Positions 49,632-56,040 of a stretch of 64,000 nucleotides of DNA are shown piece by piece. The stretch's first letter is position 1; every line of letters starts with the position of its first letter. The translations under genes and the position numbers were made by a program. Source of the stretch: a virus. Below the pieces are notes generated by a model that searched no databases, had not been told where the DNA came from, and was given only the letters and a program-made list of their open reading frames with translations. The stretch lies in IMG/VR virus record IMGVR_UViG_3300021399_000004, positions 64,001 to 128,000 of that record; one strand, written 5' to 3'.

Positions 49632-49976
49632 TTACGCCTTGCGGCTATACAGGGTGGCGCCCTTGCTACCCTTGTCCGCAATCAGTTCGTCTACCCAATA
49701 GCGGGTCATGGCGTACTGCATCTTGCCCTTGGTGAAACCATCGGGCAGCTGGTCAGCAATGCTCTCATACAGCTCACTGACCGTTACGGGGCCAACAGCA
49801 TCCGCAAGACCATTCATCACGACATCATGCGCCTCAGCGTACAGCTCGCGATTCGCCTGCGCCTTGACGGCGTTCTTGTTCAGCTCAGCCTCCAGCTCAG
49901 CCTTGATTTCATCGAGGTTGGTCACAGTCTCGCCGTTGAGGTAGGAAACGAGGGACATCATGGTGGACTTCTTCAT
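49632..49976 (-). CDS. wHTH-like protein, paralog 3 of 3, 114 aa
   Basis: Internal ATG (MKKSTMM) after the conserved leader and SD AAAGGAG. Confidence 0.85.
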   Translation of the reverse strand: MKKSTMMSLVSYLNGETVTNLDEIKAELEAELNKNAVKAQANRELYAEAHDVVMNGLADAVGPVTVSELYESIADQLPDGFTKGKMQYAMTRYWVDELIADKGSKGATLYSRKA

Positions 49977-50048
49977 ATGGGGTTCTCCTTTGGTTTGTGA
50001 GGTTTTCCTTCCTCTATTTTTTCTGTCCCCTCTCTTGGGAACAATTGT

Positions 50049-50077
50049 ATTATAGCAAAAGTCATAGTAAAAGTCAA
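50049..50077 (-). promoter_or_regulatory. SigA-type promoter
   Basis: TTGACT-17-TATAAT. Confidence 0.7.
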
Positions 50078-50096
50078 GCAATAAATCAAGAAATAA

Positions 50097-50116
50097 TTAG
50101 ATGTTTAAACATCTAA
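50097..50116. repeat. 20-bp palindrome, copy 19/38
   Basis: Arms exact, centre TTAA. Confidence 0.95.
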
Positions 50117-50140
50117 CCTAAGAGAGAAAAGGGGCGGAGG

Positions 50141-50902
50141 TTAGCCCTCCGCCGTAGTAAATGAATATGTATCATTCTTTACATACTTTTTAATATATCG
50201 TCCTTTGATAACCTGTACTCCGTCAATTTTAATTGTGAAGGGTTTAATCTGTTGCCGTTTCAAAATCTTTTTTACTTCATAATCATGATTCCATTCTGCG
50301 CCACGTTTGATACATTCAAGCAAAATATTGCTTTCAATTTGTGCATCATACAGGCCCATGTGCTTTTCTATAAAATCATATTTGCTTTGGATATATTGAT
50401 ATACAGATTCAGCGCTGCCGCTATAATTGCCCGTATCTGTAAAGCGCTGATTTACTTCACAAAATTGCTTGTACTCGTCTGTATTTGTGATAAAAGCGCT
50501 TGCATAGCCCCAAATATCATGAATGGCTACCGTATCAAAAGGATTCATTGTTCTGAACCAATCACAATTATAGGTTAAGACTTTATCATCGAAAGTTGAG
50601 TTATAGGCATATGCATCAGTGATATTAAATGCTTTAATATCTCGTCTGATAGCTTGCATGATATAGCCCCACTTGTCCATGATCGCCAGCTTGCTTCTCA
50701 TTAGCGTGATATAGTCGGGGCGCTTGTCTTTATAATAGGCGCTTTCAAAAAGAGGGAGATTGTGCCAGACCTGTTCTACAATGTAATGCGCCTGCTTGAC
50801 CAGCTCATTCGATTCAGTATTGATTATTACATAACCAATATCATAGCAGAAGCATTTTTCGAGGCCGGTTGTCTCCGTGTCAAATACCATGATGAATCCC
50901 AT
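50141..50902 (-). CDS. DEDDh (DnaQ-like) 3'-5' exonuclease, 253 aa
   Basis: Motifs VFDTETT, AYNSTFDD and HMGLYDAQIE. Paralog of 41188..42198. Confidence 0.85.
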   Translation of the reverse strand: MGFIMVFDTETTGLEKCFCYDIGYVIINTESNELVKQAHYIVEQVWHNLPLFESAYYKDKRPDYITLMRSKLAIMDKWGYIMQAIRRDIKAFNITDAYAYNSTFDDKVLTYNCDWFRTMNPFDTVAIHDIWGYASAFITNTDEYKQFCEVNQRFTDTGNYSGSAESVYQYIQSKYDFIEKHMGLYDAQIESNILLECIKRGAEWNHDYEVKKILKRQQIKPFTIKIDGVQVIKGRYIKKYVKNDTYSFTTAEG

Positions 50903-50946
50903 ATTGTGTAGCTCCTTTCAAGTATATGGTTTTGGGGAACGGTAGT

Positions 50947-50975
50947 ATTATAACATGACTAAAGATATGTGTCAA
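50947..50975 (-). promoter_or_regulatory. SigA-type promoter
   Basis: TTGACA-17-TATAAT. Confidence 0.7.
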
Positions 50976-50992
50976 TAGCCTGGAAGATTAAA

Positions 50993-51012
50993 TTAGATGT
51001 TTAAACATCTAA
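50993..51012. repeat. 20-bp palindrome, copy 20/38
   Basis: Arms exact, centre TTAA. Confidence 0.95.
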
Positions 51013-51035
51013 CTCTATGTTAAAGGCTGGGGTGG

Positions 51036-51233
51036 TTAATCCCAGTCTTCGTCGTCCGCGTTCAGTACAACATAACCATTGCAATCCTGCACATCGGTGA
51101 CACGCGGCCACAGCAATTCAAAATCATTGTAGTGCGGGCCATATCCCTCATTCTGCCAAAAGGTATCGGGGATCCGAACAATGCTGTCCTGGGGCAGCTT
51201 GAGCAGGGAAGCAATCAGTTCACGTACAGTCAT
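51036..51233 (-). CDS. Hypothetical protein, 65 aa
   Basis: Track ORF. Confidence 0.8.
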   Translation of the reverse strand: MTVRELIASLLKLPQDSIVRIPDTFWQNEGYGPHYNDFELLWPRVTDVQDCNGYVVLNADDEDWD

Positions 51234-51256
51234 CTTTTTTTACCTCTTTCTTTTTC

Positions 51257-51324
51257 TTTGTCGGGAGGGAGCGTGAGTCTCATCCACACTGTAGGCTTCC
51301 GAGGAATGCGTTTTCCCTCCCGAC
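51257..51324 (-). promoter_or_regulatory. Long 5'-UTR stem-loop (12-bp stem, about 44-nt loop)
   Basis: TGTCGGGAGGGA (51257-51268) pairs with TCCCTCCCGACA (51313-51324), between the -10 and the SD of 51036..51233. Confidence 0.6.
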
Positions 51325-51330
51325 AATGGT

Positions 51331-51359
51331 ATAATACCATATTACGGGAAAATTGTCAA
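51331..51359 (-). promoter_or_regulatory. SigA-type promoter
   Basis: TTGACA-17-TATTAT. Confidence 0.6.
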
Positions 51360-51388
51360 GAGGTTTTTTGAACTCGGAAAAAGGCTGT

Positions 51389-51408
51389 TTAGATGTTCAA
51401 ACATCTAA
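51389..51408. repeat. 20-bp palindrome, copy 21/38
   Basis: Arms exact, centre TCAA. Confidence 0.95.
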
Positions 51409-51449
51409 CCTGGTAAAATGGAATGGGCGGCTTTTCGCCGCCCGGTATC

Positions 51450-51686
51450 TTATCGATAATAATTCTGATTGTAGCGCTCATAAGCGCTCATTTTGCGGTA
51501 TTCATTGTATTCCAGCTCACTAATTTCTTTGCCCTGGATAATGGCGCGGGTGTGCTTAACGCTGGGCATCCGCTTGGCCCTGTCCATAGCTTCCAGCAGG
51601 TTTTCAGCTTTGATGGCGAAGGTGATTTCAGTGCTGTGGCCAATGCCGCAATGCCCCCGGTGGCAAGTAACCTTGTAATACTTCAT
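51450..51686 (-). CDS. Hypothetical protein, 78 aa
   Basis: Track ORF. SD AAAGGAG. Confidence 0.85.
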   Translation of the reverse strand: MKYYKVTCHRGHCGIGHSTEITFAIKAENLLEAMDRAKRMPSVKHTRAIIQGKEISELEYNEYRKMSAYERYNQNYYR

Positions 51687-51732
51687 GGTTTTTTCTCCTT
51701 TCTTTCGGTGGGTTTCCTCTCACCGTGATTAG

Positions 51733-51761
51733 AGTATAACATAATGGAGGATAAAAGTCAA
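51733..51761 (-). promoter_or_regulatory. SigA-type promoter
   Basis: TTGACT-17-TATACT. Confidence 0.7.
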
Positions 51762-51780
51762 TAGTGCATATTGAGTTCAT

Positions 51781-51800
51781 TTAGATGTTTGAACATCTAA
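51781..51800. repeat. 20-bp palindrome, copy 22/38
   Basis: Arms exact, centre TTGA. Confidence 0.95.
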
Positions 51801-51828
51801 CCTAAAGGAAACAAAAAGGGGCGGAGGT

Positions 51829-52134
51829 TTATCCCTCCGCCTCAATCTTTTTGATCTTATTTCGCAATTCATTAATCTGCTGGTTCAACGCTTTAATCTG
51901 TGCTTGCTTGAGTCTTTTTGCCCGTTCCTTTTCCCAAAAATCCCACGTCATAACGATTTTATAATCTACGTCATGCGTCAACACTTTTGCGCGGAACAGC
52001 GTCATCAAAGAACAGGCGTGATTTTCATGCAGAATGTTTTCAGCTTCTTTTAAGTTCATCGTGCCTTTTTCAAGGCGGGGCAGCAGCAGGGCCATGCCGT
52101 AGGCAACAGCGGGGTTATTGTTTTTCTCTACCAT
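51829..52134 (-). CDS. Hypothetical protein with coiled-coil tail, 101 aa
   Basis: Track ORF. Confidence 0.85.
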   Translation of the reverse strand: MVEKNNNPAVAYGMALLLPRLEKGTMNLKEAENILHENHACSLMTLFRAKVLTHDVDYKIVMTWDFWEKERAKRLKQAQIKALNQQINELRNKIKKIEAEG

Positions 52135-52174
52135 CGTTCCAATCTCCTTTTATGTATTTTCTGGGAACGTCTAT

Positions 52175-52203
52175 AATATAGCATAAAGTCATAAGATTGT
52201 CAA
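52175..52203 (-). promoter_or_regulatory. SigA-type promoter
   Basis: TTGACA-17-TATATT. Confidence 0.6.
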
Positions 52204-52220
52204 GACTTTTTTATGGCAGA

Positions 52221-52240
52221 TTAGATGTTCAAACATCTAA
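52221..52240. repeat. 20-bp palindrome, copy 23/38
   Basis: Arms exact, centre TCAA. Confidence 0.95.
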
Positions 52241-52270
52241 CTTGGAGAAGAATAAAAAAAGGGTGGAGGG

Positions 52271-52549
52271 TCACCCCTCCACCTTCTGAATCTCACCGGT
52301 AAAAATGTTGTAACGCTGACCGGTAGTGTACAGCTCTTTCGCCAGCTGATAGGTCAGACCACGTTCCTGCATGAACCACCGAATGTGGTTAATAGTAGTG
52401 CGGCTATACAGCCCGTTGCAATACAGCCACCCGTTAGAATCAATCTCAATTACAGTGGTGGTGTAGCTGACCAGCTTTCCGGAAAAGCCGTCATTGTTCA
52501 CGTACTCACGCGCCTGCGCATACTCGTGACCGTTCAGTTTCTTCATCAT
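52271..52549 (-). CDS. Hypothetical protein, 92 aa
   Basis: Track ORF. Confidence 0.85.
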   Translation of the reverse strand: MMKKLNGHEYAQAREYVNNDGFSGKLVSYTTTVIEIDSNGWLYCNGLYSRTTINHIRWFMQERGLTYQLAKELYTTGQRYNIFTGEIQKVEG

Positions 52550-52597
52550 TGTTGTGATCCTCCATTTTTTTATTCTGTACCTCTTTGGTACGGTTAT

Positions 52598-52626
52598 ATA
52601 TTAGCATATACGGTTAAAAAAGTCAA
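52598..52626 (-). promoter_or_regulatory. SigA-type promoter (weak -10)
   Basis: TTGACT-17-TAATAT. Confidence 0.55.
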
Positions 52627-52645
52627 TAGGATTTTTCGCCTGATT

Positions 52646-52665
52646 TTAGATGTTCAAACATCTAA
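52646..52665. repeat. 20-bp palindrome, copy 24/38
   Basis: Arms exact, centre TCAA. Confidence 0.95.
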
Positions 52666-52706
52666 AAGAGTTTAATAAAGAGTAGGCGCAAAGCCTACTC
52701 TTTTTA

Positions 52707-52871
52707 TTACTTAATGGCGCAATTGGTATGGCTGTAATGCAACCGCCAATTGAGATATTCGCAGCTGCAAGGGTCAAGAATGTCATCATACCCGCACTCT
52801 TCGGCGTCTTCCCACAGTTCGTCATACGTTACCAAGTTGCCCATCTCTTTGTTCATGTAGTAGAATTCCAT
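52707..52871 (-). CDS. Hypothetical protein, 54 aa
   Basis: SD GGAGG. ATG to TAA. Hairpin AGTAGGC-GCAA-GCCTACT after the stop. Below the track cutoff. Confidence 0.7.
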   Translation of the reverse strand: MEFYYMNKEMGNLVTYDELWEDAEECGYDDILDPCSCEYLNWRLHYSHTNCAIK

Positions 52872-52913
52872 TGTAGTGACCTCCATTTTTTATTATCCCC
52901 TCGGGACGATTAT

Positions 52914-52942
52914 AGTTTACCATACATATGATATATTGTCAA
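52914..52942 (-). promoter_or_regulatory. SigA-type promoter (weak -10)
   Basis: TTGACA-17-TAAACT. Confidence 0.5.
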
Positions 52943-52950
52943 GATGGAAT

Positions 52951-52970
52951 TTAGATGTTTGAACATCTAA
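52951..52970. repeat. 20-bp palindrome, copy 25/38
   Basis: Arms exact, centre TTGA. Confidence 0.95.
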
Positions 52971-53061
52971 TAATGTTTTGGGTTTGTGGCGGAGGTATTT
53001 TATACTAAAATGTTTAAGTATATTAAAAATGAAATAGGAGGGAATACCCTCCTATTTCATC

Positions 53062-53364
53062 TTAGCAGTAGGCAAGGCTCATGTTCGCCCACTTGAGAAC
53101 CGAAATCTGATTGTGCTTGCGGCCGATCTCCATCGCCTGCCGCTTAGTCTTGACGCGGAAGCTGTGATCGATGTAGTAAACGCCGTCGCTGTACCAGATC
53201 CCGCAGCTGCCGTTCATCTTCTTTACAGCTTCCGCAGCTTCCGCAGCCGTCTTGCATTCAACCCCGTGATCGGCCACCTGCCAACCCGTCTTGTAGGTGA
53301 TGACCTTGCCGTTCTTCAGGGTGAGACCATCGTTGTTCTTGAGCGCCTTGAGCATTTCCAACAT
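53062..53364 (-). CDS. Hypothetical protein, 100 aa
   Basis: Track ORF. Terminator AAATAGGAGGG-AATA-CCCTCCTATTT. Confidence 0.85.
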   Translation of the reverse strand: MLEMLKALKNNDGLTLKNGKVITYKTGWQVADHGVECKTAAEAAEAVKKMNGSCGIWYSDGVYYIDHSFRVKTKRQAMEIGRKHNQISVLKWANMSLAYC

Positions 53365-53409
53365 TGTTGCATCCTCTTTTCTTTTTATTCTGTCCCTTCG
53401 GACAAGTAT

Positions 53410-53438
53410 ATATTACCATATAGCAAGCAAAAAGTCAA
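53410..53438 (-). promoter_or_regulatory. SigA-type promoter (weak -10)
   Basis: TTGACT-17-TAATAT. Confidence 0.55.
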
Positions 53439-53456
53439 GGGCATTTTTGAGAGGAA

Positions 53457-53476
53457 TTAGATGTTTAAACATCTAA
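53457..53476. repeat. 20-bp palindrome, copy 26/38
   Basis: Arms exact, centre TTAA. Confidence 0.95.
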
Positions 53477-53508
53477 CATAAGGAAGGCCCTAACAGGGCC
53501 GTAGATAA

Positions 53509-53700
53509 TTAACAATTCCACTGGATATTGCCAGGCTCGAAAATCGCTACGATCTCGCCGGTGCCCTCACGCATGACGTCGGTAGCAAGGTTGCACTCAT
53601 GAAACATGCGGAAGGCCATGATCTTAGCGGCCCATTCGCTATTGAACTTGATACCATAGGTGAAGGGCTGCCGGTTGATGTAGTAAGTCACAGTGTACAT
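53509..53700 (-). CDS. Hypothetical protein, 63 aa
   Basis: ATG (MYTVTYY) lies 8 nt after AAGGAGG. The track ORF starts 2 codons earlier at TTG. Confidence 0.8.
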   Translation of the reverse strand: MYTVTYYINRQPFTYGIKFNSEWAAKIMAFRMFHECNLATDVMREGTGEIVAIFEPGNIQWNC

Positions 53701-53731
53701 AATCAATGCCTCCTTTTCTTGGAACGATTAT

Positions 53732-53760
53732 AGTATATCATACTTGTTTTTGTTTGTCAA
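53732..53760 (-). promoter_or_regulatory. SigA-type promoter
   Basis: TTGACA-17-TATACT. Confidence 0.7.
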
Positions 53761-53777
53761 TAGGAAAATAAAAAAGA

Positions 53778-53797
53778 TTAGATGTTGAAACATCTAA
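53778..53797. repeat. 20-bp palindrome, copy 27/38
   Basis: Arms exact, centre TGAA. Confidence 0.95.
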
Positions 53798-53824
53798 CCC
53801 TGGAGAGAAAAAAGGTAAACCGCC

Positions 53825-53980
53825 TTAGCGGTCTACCTCAACAATGACGTATTTCCAAGTCCGGCCCAGTTGCTGCCCACGTTCCACATAATGCTTGCCA
53901 ATTTTCTCAGCTTCTTCGCGGGTAGAGAACGTATCGGCCATGTTGCACGTGTACTTGCCAATGATGTAAAGCTCGAACAT
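53825..53980 (-). CDS. Hypothetical protein, 51 aa (paralog of 54427..54591)
   Basis: SD AAAGGAAGGA. FSTREEAEKIGKHYVERG aligns with FSTNEEAENTGKQYVNRG. Confidence 0.7.
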   Translation of the reverse strand: MFELYIIGKYTCNMADTFSTREEAEKIGKHYVERGQQLGRTWKYVIVEVDR

Positions 53981-54018
53981 GTTGATTCCTTCCTTTCTGT
54001 TCCCTTTGGAACGATTAC

Positions 54019-54047
54019 ATTATAGCATACTTGTGAAGAAAAATCAA
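54019..54047 (-). promoter_or_regulatory. SigA-type promoter
   Basis: TTGATT-17-TATAAT. Confidence 0.6.
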
Positions 54048-54065
54048 GTGGTTTGCACTATTTCA

Positions 54066-54085
54066 TTAGATGTTGAAACATCTAA
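54066..54085. repeat. 20-bp palindrome, copy 28/38
   Basis: Arms exact, centre TGAA. Confidence 0.95.
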
Positions 54086-54110
54086 CCTTGGTGGAGGATG
54101 GGCGGGCCGA

Positions 54111-54272
54111 TTAGCCCGCCATTTCCTTAACCCACGCCGCGGCGTCCTTCCAATTATCAAAGCTAAGCCGTCCAAAATCATAGTTGAATACTACCCATGT
54201 GCTATGCGAATCAAGGTCATCATAGTAATAGCCCATCTTTTCCATCCGTGCAATGATAGTCCGCTTTGCCAT
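54111..54272 (-). CDS. Hypothetical protein, 53 aa
   Basis: SD AAAGGAG. Hairpin GGCGGGC-N6-GCCCGCC spans the stop. Confidence 0.7.
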   Translation of the reverse strand: MAKRTIIARMEKMGYYYDDLDSHSTWVVFNYDFGRLSFDNWKDAAAWVKEMAG

Positions 54273-54310
54273 CGTACATTCTCCTTTCTTTATCCCCTTG
54301 GGACAATATC

Positions 54311-54339
54311 ATTATATAGGATTTTAGTATGTTTGTCAA
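54311..54339 (-). promoter_or_regulatory. SigA-type promoter
   Basis: TTGACA-17-TATAAT. Confidence 0.7.
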
Positions 54340-54378
54340 TAGGCATTGTAAAAAAATTAATAGAAAATAAAATTAAGA

Positions 54379-54398
54379 TTAGATGTTTAAACATCTAA
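54379..54398. repeat. 20-bp palindrome, copy 29/38
   Basis: Arms exact, centre TTAA. Confidence 0.95.
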
Positions 54399-54426
54399 CC
54401 TTCAATTGTTAAAGTGTCTCCCGCGA

Positions 54427-54591
54427 TTAAGCGGGAGCGGAAAGAACGAAGTAATCCCAATCATGGCCCAGCTCGGTGCCCCGGTTAACGTACTGCTTGC
54501 CGGTGTTTTCAGCTTCTTCATTGGTGGAGAACTTACCAATCAAGTAGAAGCTATACTTGCTAACGATGTACAATCTGTAAATGGTGTCCAT
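54427..54591 (-). CDS. Hypothetical protein, 54 aa (paralog of 53825..53980)
   Basis: SD GGAAAGGAAGGA. Hairpin CTCCCGC-N6-GCGGGAG at the stop. Confidence 0.7.
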   Translation of the reverse strand: MDTIYRLYIVSKYSFYLIGKFSTNEEAENTGKQYVNRGTELGHDWDYFVLSAPA

Positions 54592-54629
54592 ATGTTTTCC
54601 TTCCTTTCCGTTCCTCTTGGAACGTCTAT

Positions 54630-54658
54630 ATTATAGCATACTCGCAATTACTTGTCAA
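54630..54658 (-). promoter_or_regulatory. SigA-type promoter
   Basis: TTGACA-17-TATAAT. Confidence 0.7.
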
Positions 54659-54676
54659 CGTGTTTATGAAAATGAA

Positions 54677-54696
54677 TTAGATGTTCAAACATCTAA
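54677..54696. repeat. 20-bp palindrome, copy 30/38
   Basis: Arms exact, centre TCAA. Confidence 0.95.
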
Positions 54697-54707
54697 CTCT
54701 TGGAGGC

Positions 54708-54851
54708 TCACGCCTCCTCTTCTACCCGTTCAAAGTTATCACGGCAGAACGATTCATAGGAATCATACCACTTAGAGAAATATTTATACTGCTCATACAT
54801 TTCTTCTTCCGTAATGTATCTTTCCATTTCCCAATCATACCATTTAGCCAT
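54708..54851 (-). CDS. Hypothetical acidic protein, 47 aa
   Basis: SD AAAGGAGGAAAAG. Hairpin GGAGGC-TCAC-GCCTCC at the stop. Confidence 0.65.
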   Translation of the reverse strand: MAKWYDWEMERYITEEEMYEQYKYFSKWYDSYESFCRDNFERVEEEA

Positions 54852-54893
54852 TTTCTTTTCCTCCTTTTTTGTTCGTTCCTTTGGAACAGTTAT

Positions 54894-54922
54894 ATTATAT
54901 CATGGTAGGATAGTCCTGTCAA
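54894..54922 (-). promoter_or_regulatory. SigA-type promoter
   Basis: TTGACA-17-TATAAT. Confidence 0.7.
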
Positions 54923-54940
54923 CAGAGTGAGAAAAATAAA

Positions 54941-54960
54941 TTAGATGTTCAAACATCTAA
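54941..54960. repeat. 20-bp palindrome, copy 31/38
   Basis: Arms exact, centre TCAA. Confidence 0.95.
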
Positions 54961-54976
54961 CAACGTTGGTGGGCCG

Positions 54977-55102
54977 TTAGGCCCACCGCATCAATTCATC
55001 AAATTCCTCAAAAGTCATGGGGTCGTCCTCATCAGTATTCGCCTGATACTCCCAGAACAGATAGATCTGCTCCGCGTCGGTCAGTTCATCCCAATTAATC
55101 AT
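54977..55102 (-). CDS. Hypothetical acidic protein, 41 aa
   Basis: SD GAAGGAG. Hairpin GGTGGGCC-GTTA-GGCCCACC at the stop. Confidence 0.6.
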   Translation of the reverse strand: MINWDELTDAEQIYLFWEYQANTDEDDPMTFEEFDELMRWA

Positions 55103-55149
55103 TTTTGTTTTCTCCTTCGTTTCTTTATTTTGTCCCTCCGGACAAGTAT

Positions 55150-55178
55150 AGTATACTGTATGTTCAATAAAAAGTCAA
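55150..55178 (-). promoter_or_regulatory. SigA-type promoter
   Basis: TTGACT-17-TATACT. Confidence 0.7.
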
Positions 55179-55196
55179 CATGAATTTTTCAGAGGA

Positions 55197-55216
55197 TTAG
55201 ATGTTTAAACATCTAA
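55197..55216. repeat. 20-bp palindrome, copy 32/38
   Basis: Arms exact, centre TTAA. Confidence 0.95.
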
Positions 55217-55331
55217 CTTTTGAAAAAAACGATGATAAGTTTCTTTGCTATTTTTTTACCGATAAGTCATGCGGAAGAAATAGCAGAAAGTACTGCCTGA
55301 TTTGATAGAAAAGTCATCACATTCAAATCTA

Positions 55332-55499
55332 TTAAATAATTATTCTAGCTTGTCGGTGTCCAGCTGGCGCCCAGCTGGTGTCCAGCTGGCTGGCCCGTAG
55401 GGCGCGAGTTGCGCCGCGGCGAGCCTCAAAAAATTTATAGGTAACTATGATAAACAGATCTTCTTGATTCTCTTTTTTAGGTGGTAGTTGGAGAGACAT
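55332..55499 (-). CDS. Questionable ORF, 55 aa, containing the CAGCTG repeat block
   Basis: SD GGAGGGG and ATG to TAA. The GC-rich repeat inside it may be a DNA or RNA element rather than coding sequence. Confidence 0.3.
   Translation of the reverse strand: MSLQLPPKKENQEDLFIIVTYKFFEARRGATRALRASQLDTSWAPAGHRQARIII
55361..55388. repeat. Three CAGCTG cores phased at exactly 11 bp (GTCCAGCTGG-like units)
   Basis: Cores at 55361-66, 55372-77 and 55383-88. Confidence 0.85.
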
Positions 55500-55517
55500 T
55501 GCCCCTCCAATGATGAT

Positions 55518-55546
55518 AGTATACTACATTACACGTTCATTGTCAA
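55518..55546 (-). promoter_or_regulatory. SigA-type promoter
   Basis: TTGACA-17-TATACT. Confidence 0.7.
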
Positions 55547-55564
55547 TCATGATAGCGTGGATAA

Positions 55565-55584
55565 TTAGATGTTCAAACATCTAA
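55565..55584. repeat. 20-bp palindrome, copy 33/38
   Basis: Arms exact, centre TCAA. Confidence 0.95.
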
Positions 55585-55602
55585 CTACCATGGGCATCCG
55601 GA

Positions 55603-55622
55603 CATCTAACTACTGTTAGATG
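55603..55622. repeat. Everted half-site pair CATCTAAC-TACT-GTTAGATG
   Basis: The same half-sites as the 20-bp palindrome, in swapped order. Confidence 0.8.
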
Positions 55623-55653
55623 CGAAAAAAGGGGGGGCTTGCGCCCCTCCTTT

Positions 55654-55965
55654 TTACTTCATTGTTTTGAACCAGTAGTTTTCATTGGTGTTCCAGTAGT
55701 GCAGGCGGCACAGTCGGCTGTTCCAGCTCTTAACAATAGCGTCCGGCGGGCAATCCGTCAAGTGGCGGCTCAGCCCTTCACCGCAGGCAATCTCAACCTT
55801 GAGATAGAACCCTTCGGCGGTCTTACCCTCCCGCGTGATCTTTACCATGGGAGTGGCGCCGCGCCCGCCCTTCAAGTAGTAGTGGCGCGCGGTCTTTTCC
55901 AGCAGGCGAACCATGGTCAGCAGGTTGAAGTAGTCGGGAGCGAAGACGGCGATCAGAATCATCAT
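55654..55965 (-). CDS. Hypothetical protein, 103 aa (paralog of 59744..60055)
   Basis: SD GGAGGTG before the internal ATG. The C-terminus HYWNTNENYWFKT matches HAWNTNDDYWYET. Confidence 0.8.
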   Translation of the reverse strand: MMILIAVFAPDYFNLLTMVRLLEKTARHYYLKGGRGATPMVKITREGKTAEGFYLKVEIACGEGLSRHLTDCPPDAIVKSWNSRLCRLHYWNTNENYWFKTMK

Positions 55966-56011
55966 GATGGACACCTCCAAATTTTTTTCTGTTCCCCCTT
56001 GGAACAATTGT

Positions 56012-56040
56012 ATTATAGCATACATCATTCATCCTGTCAA
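56012..56040 (-). promoter_or_regulatory. SigA-type promoter
   Basis: TTGACA-17-TATAAT. Confidence 0.7.
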
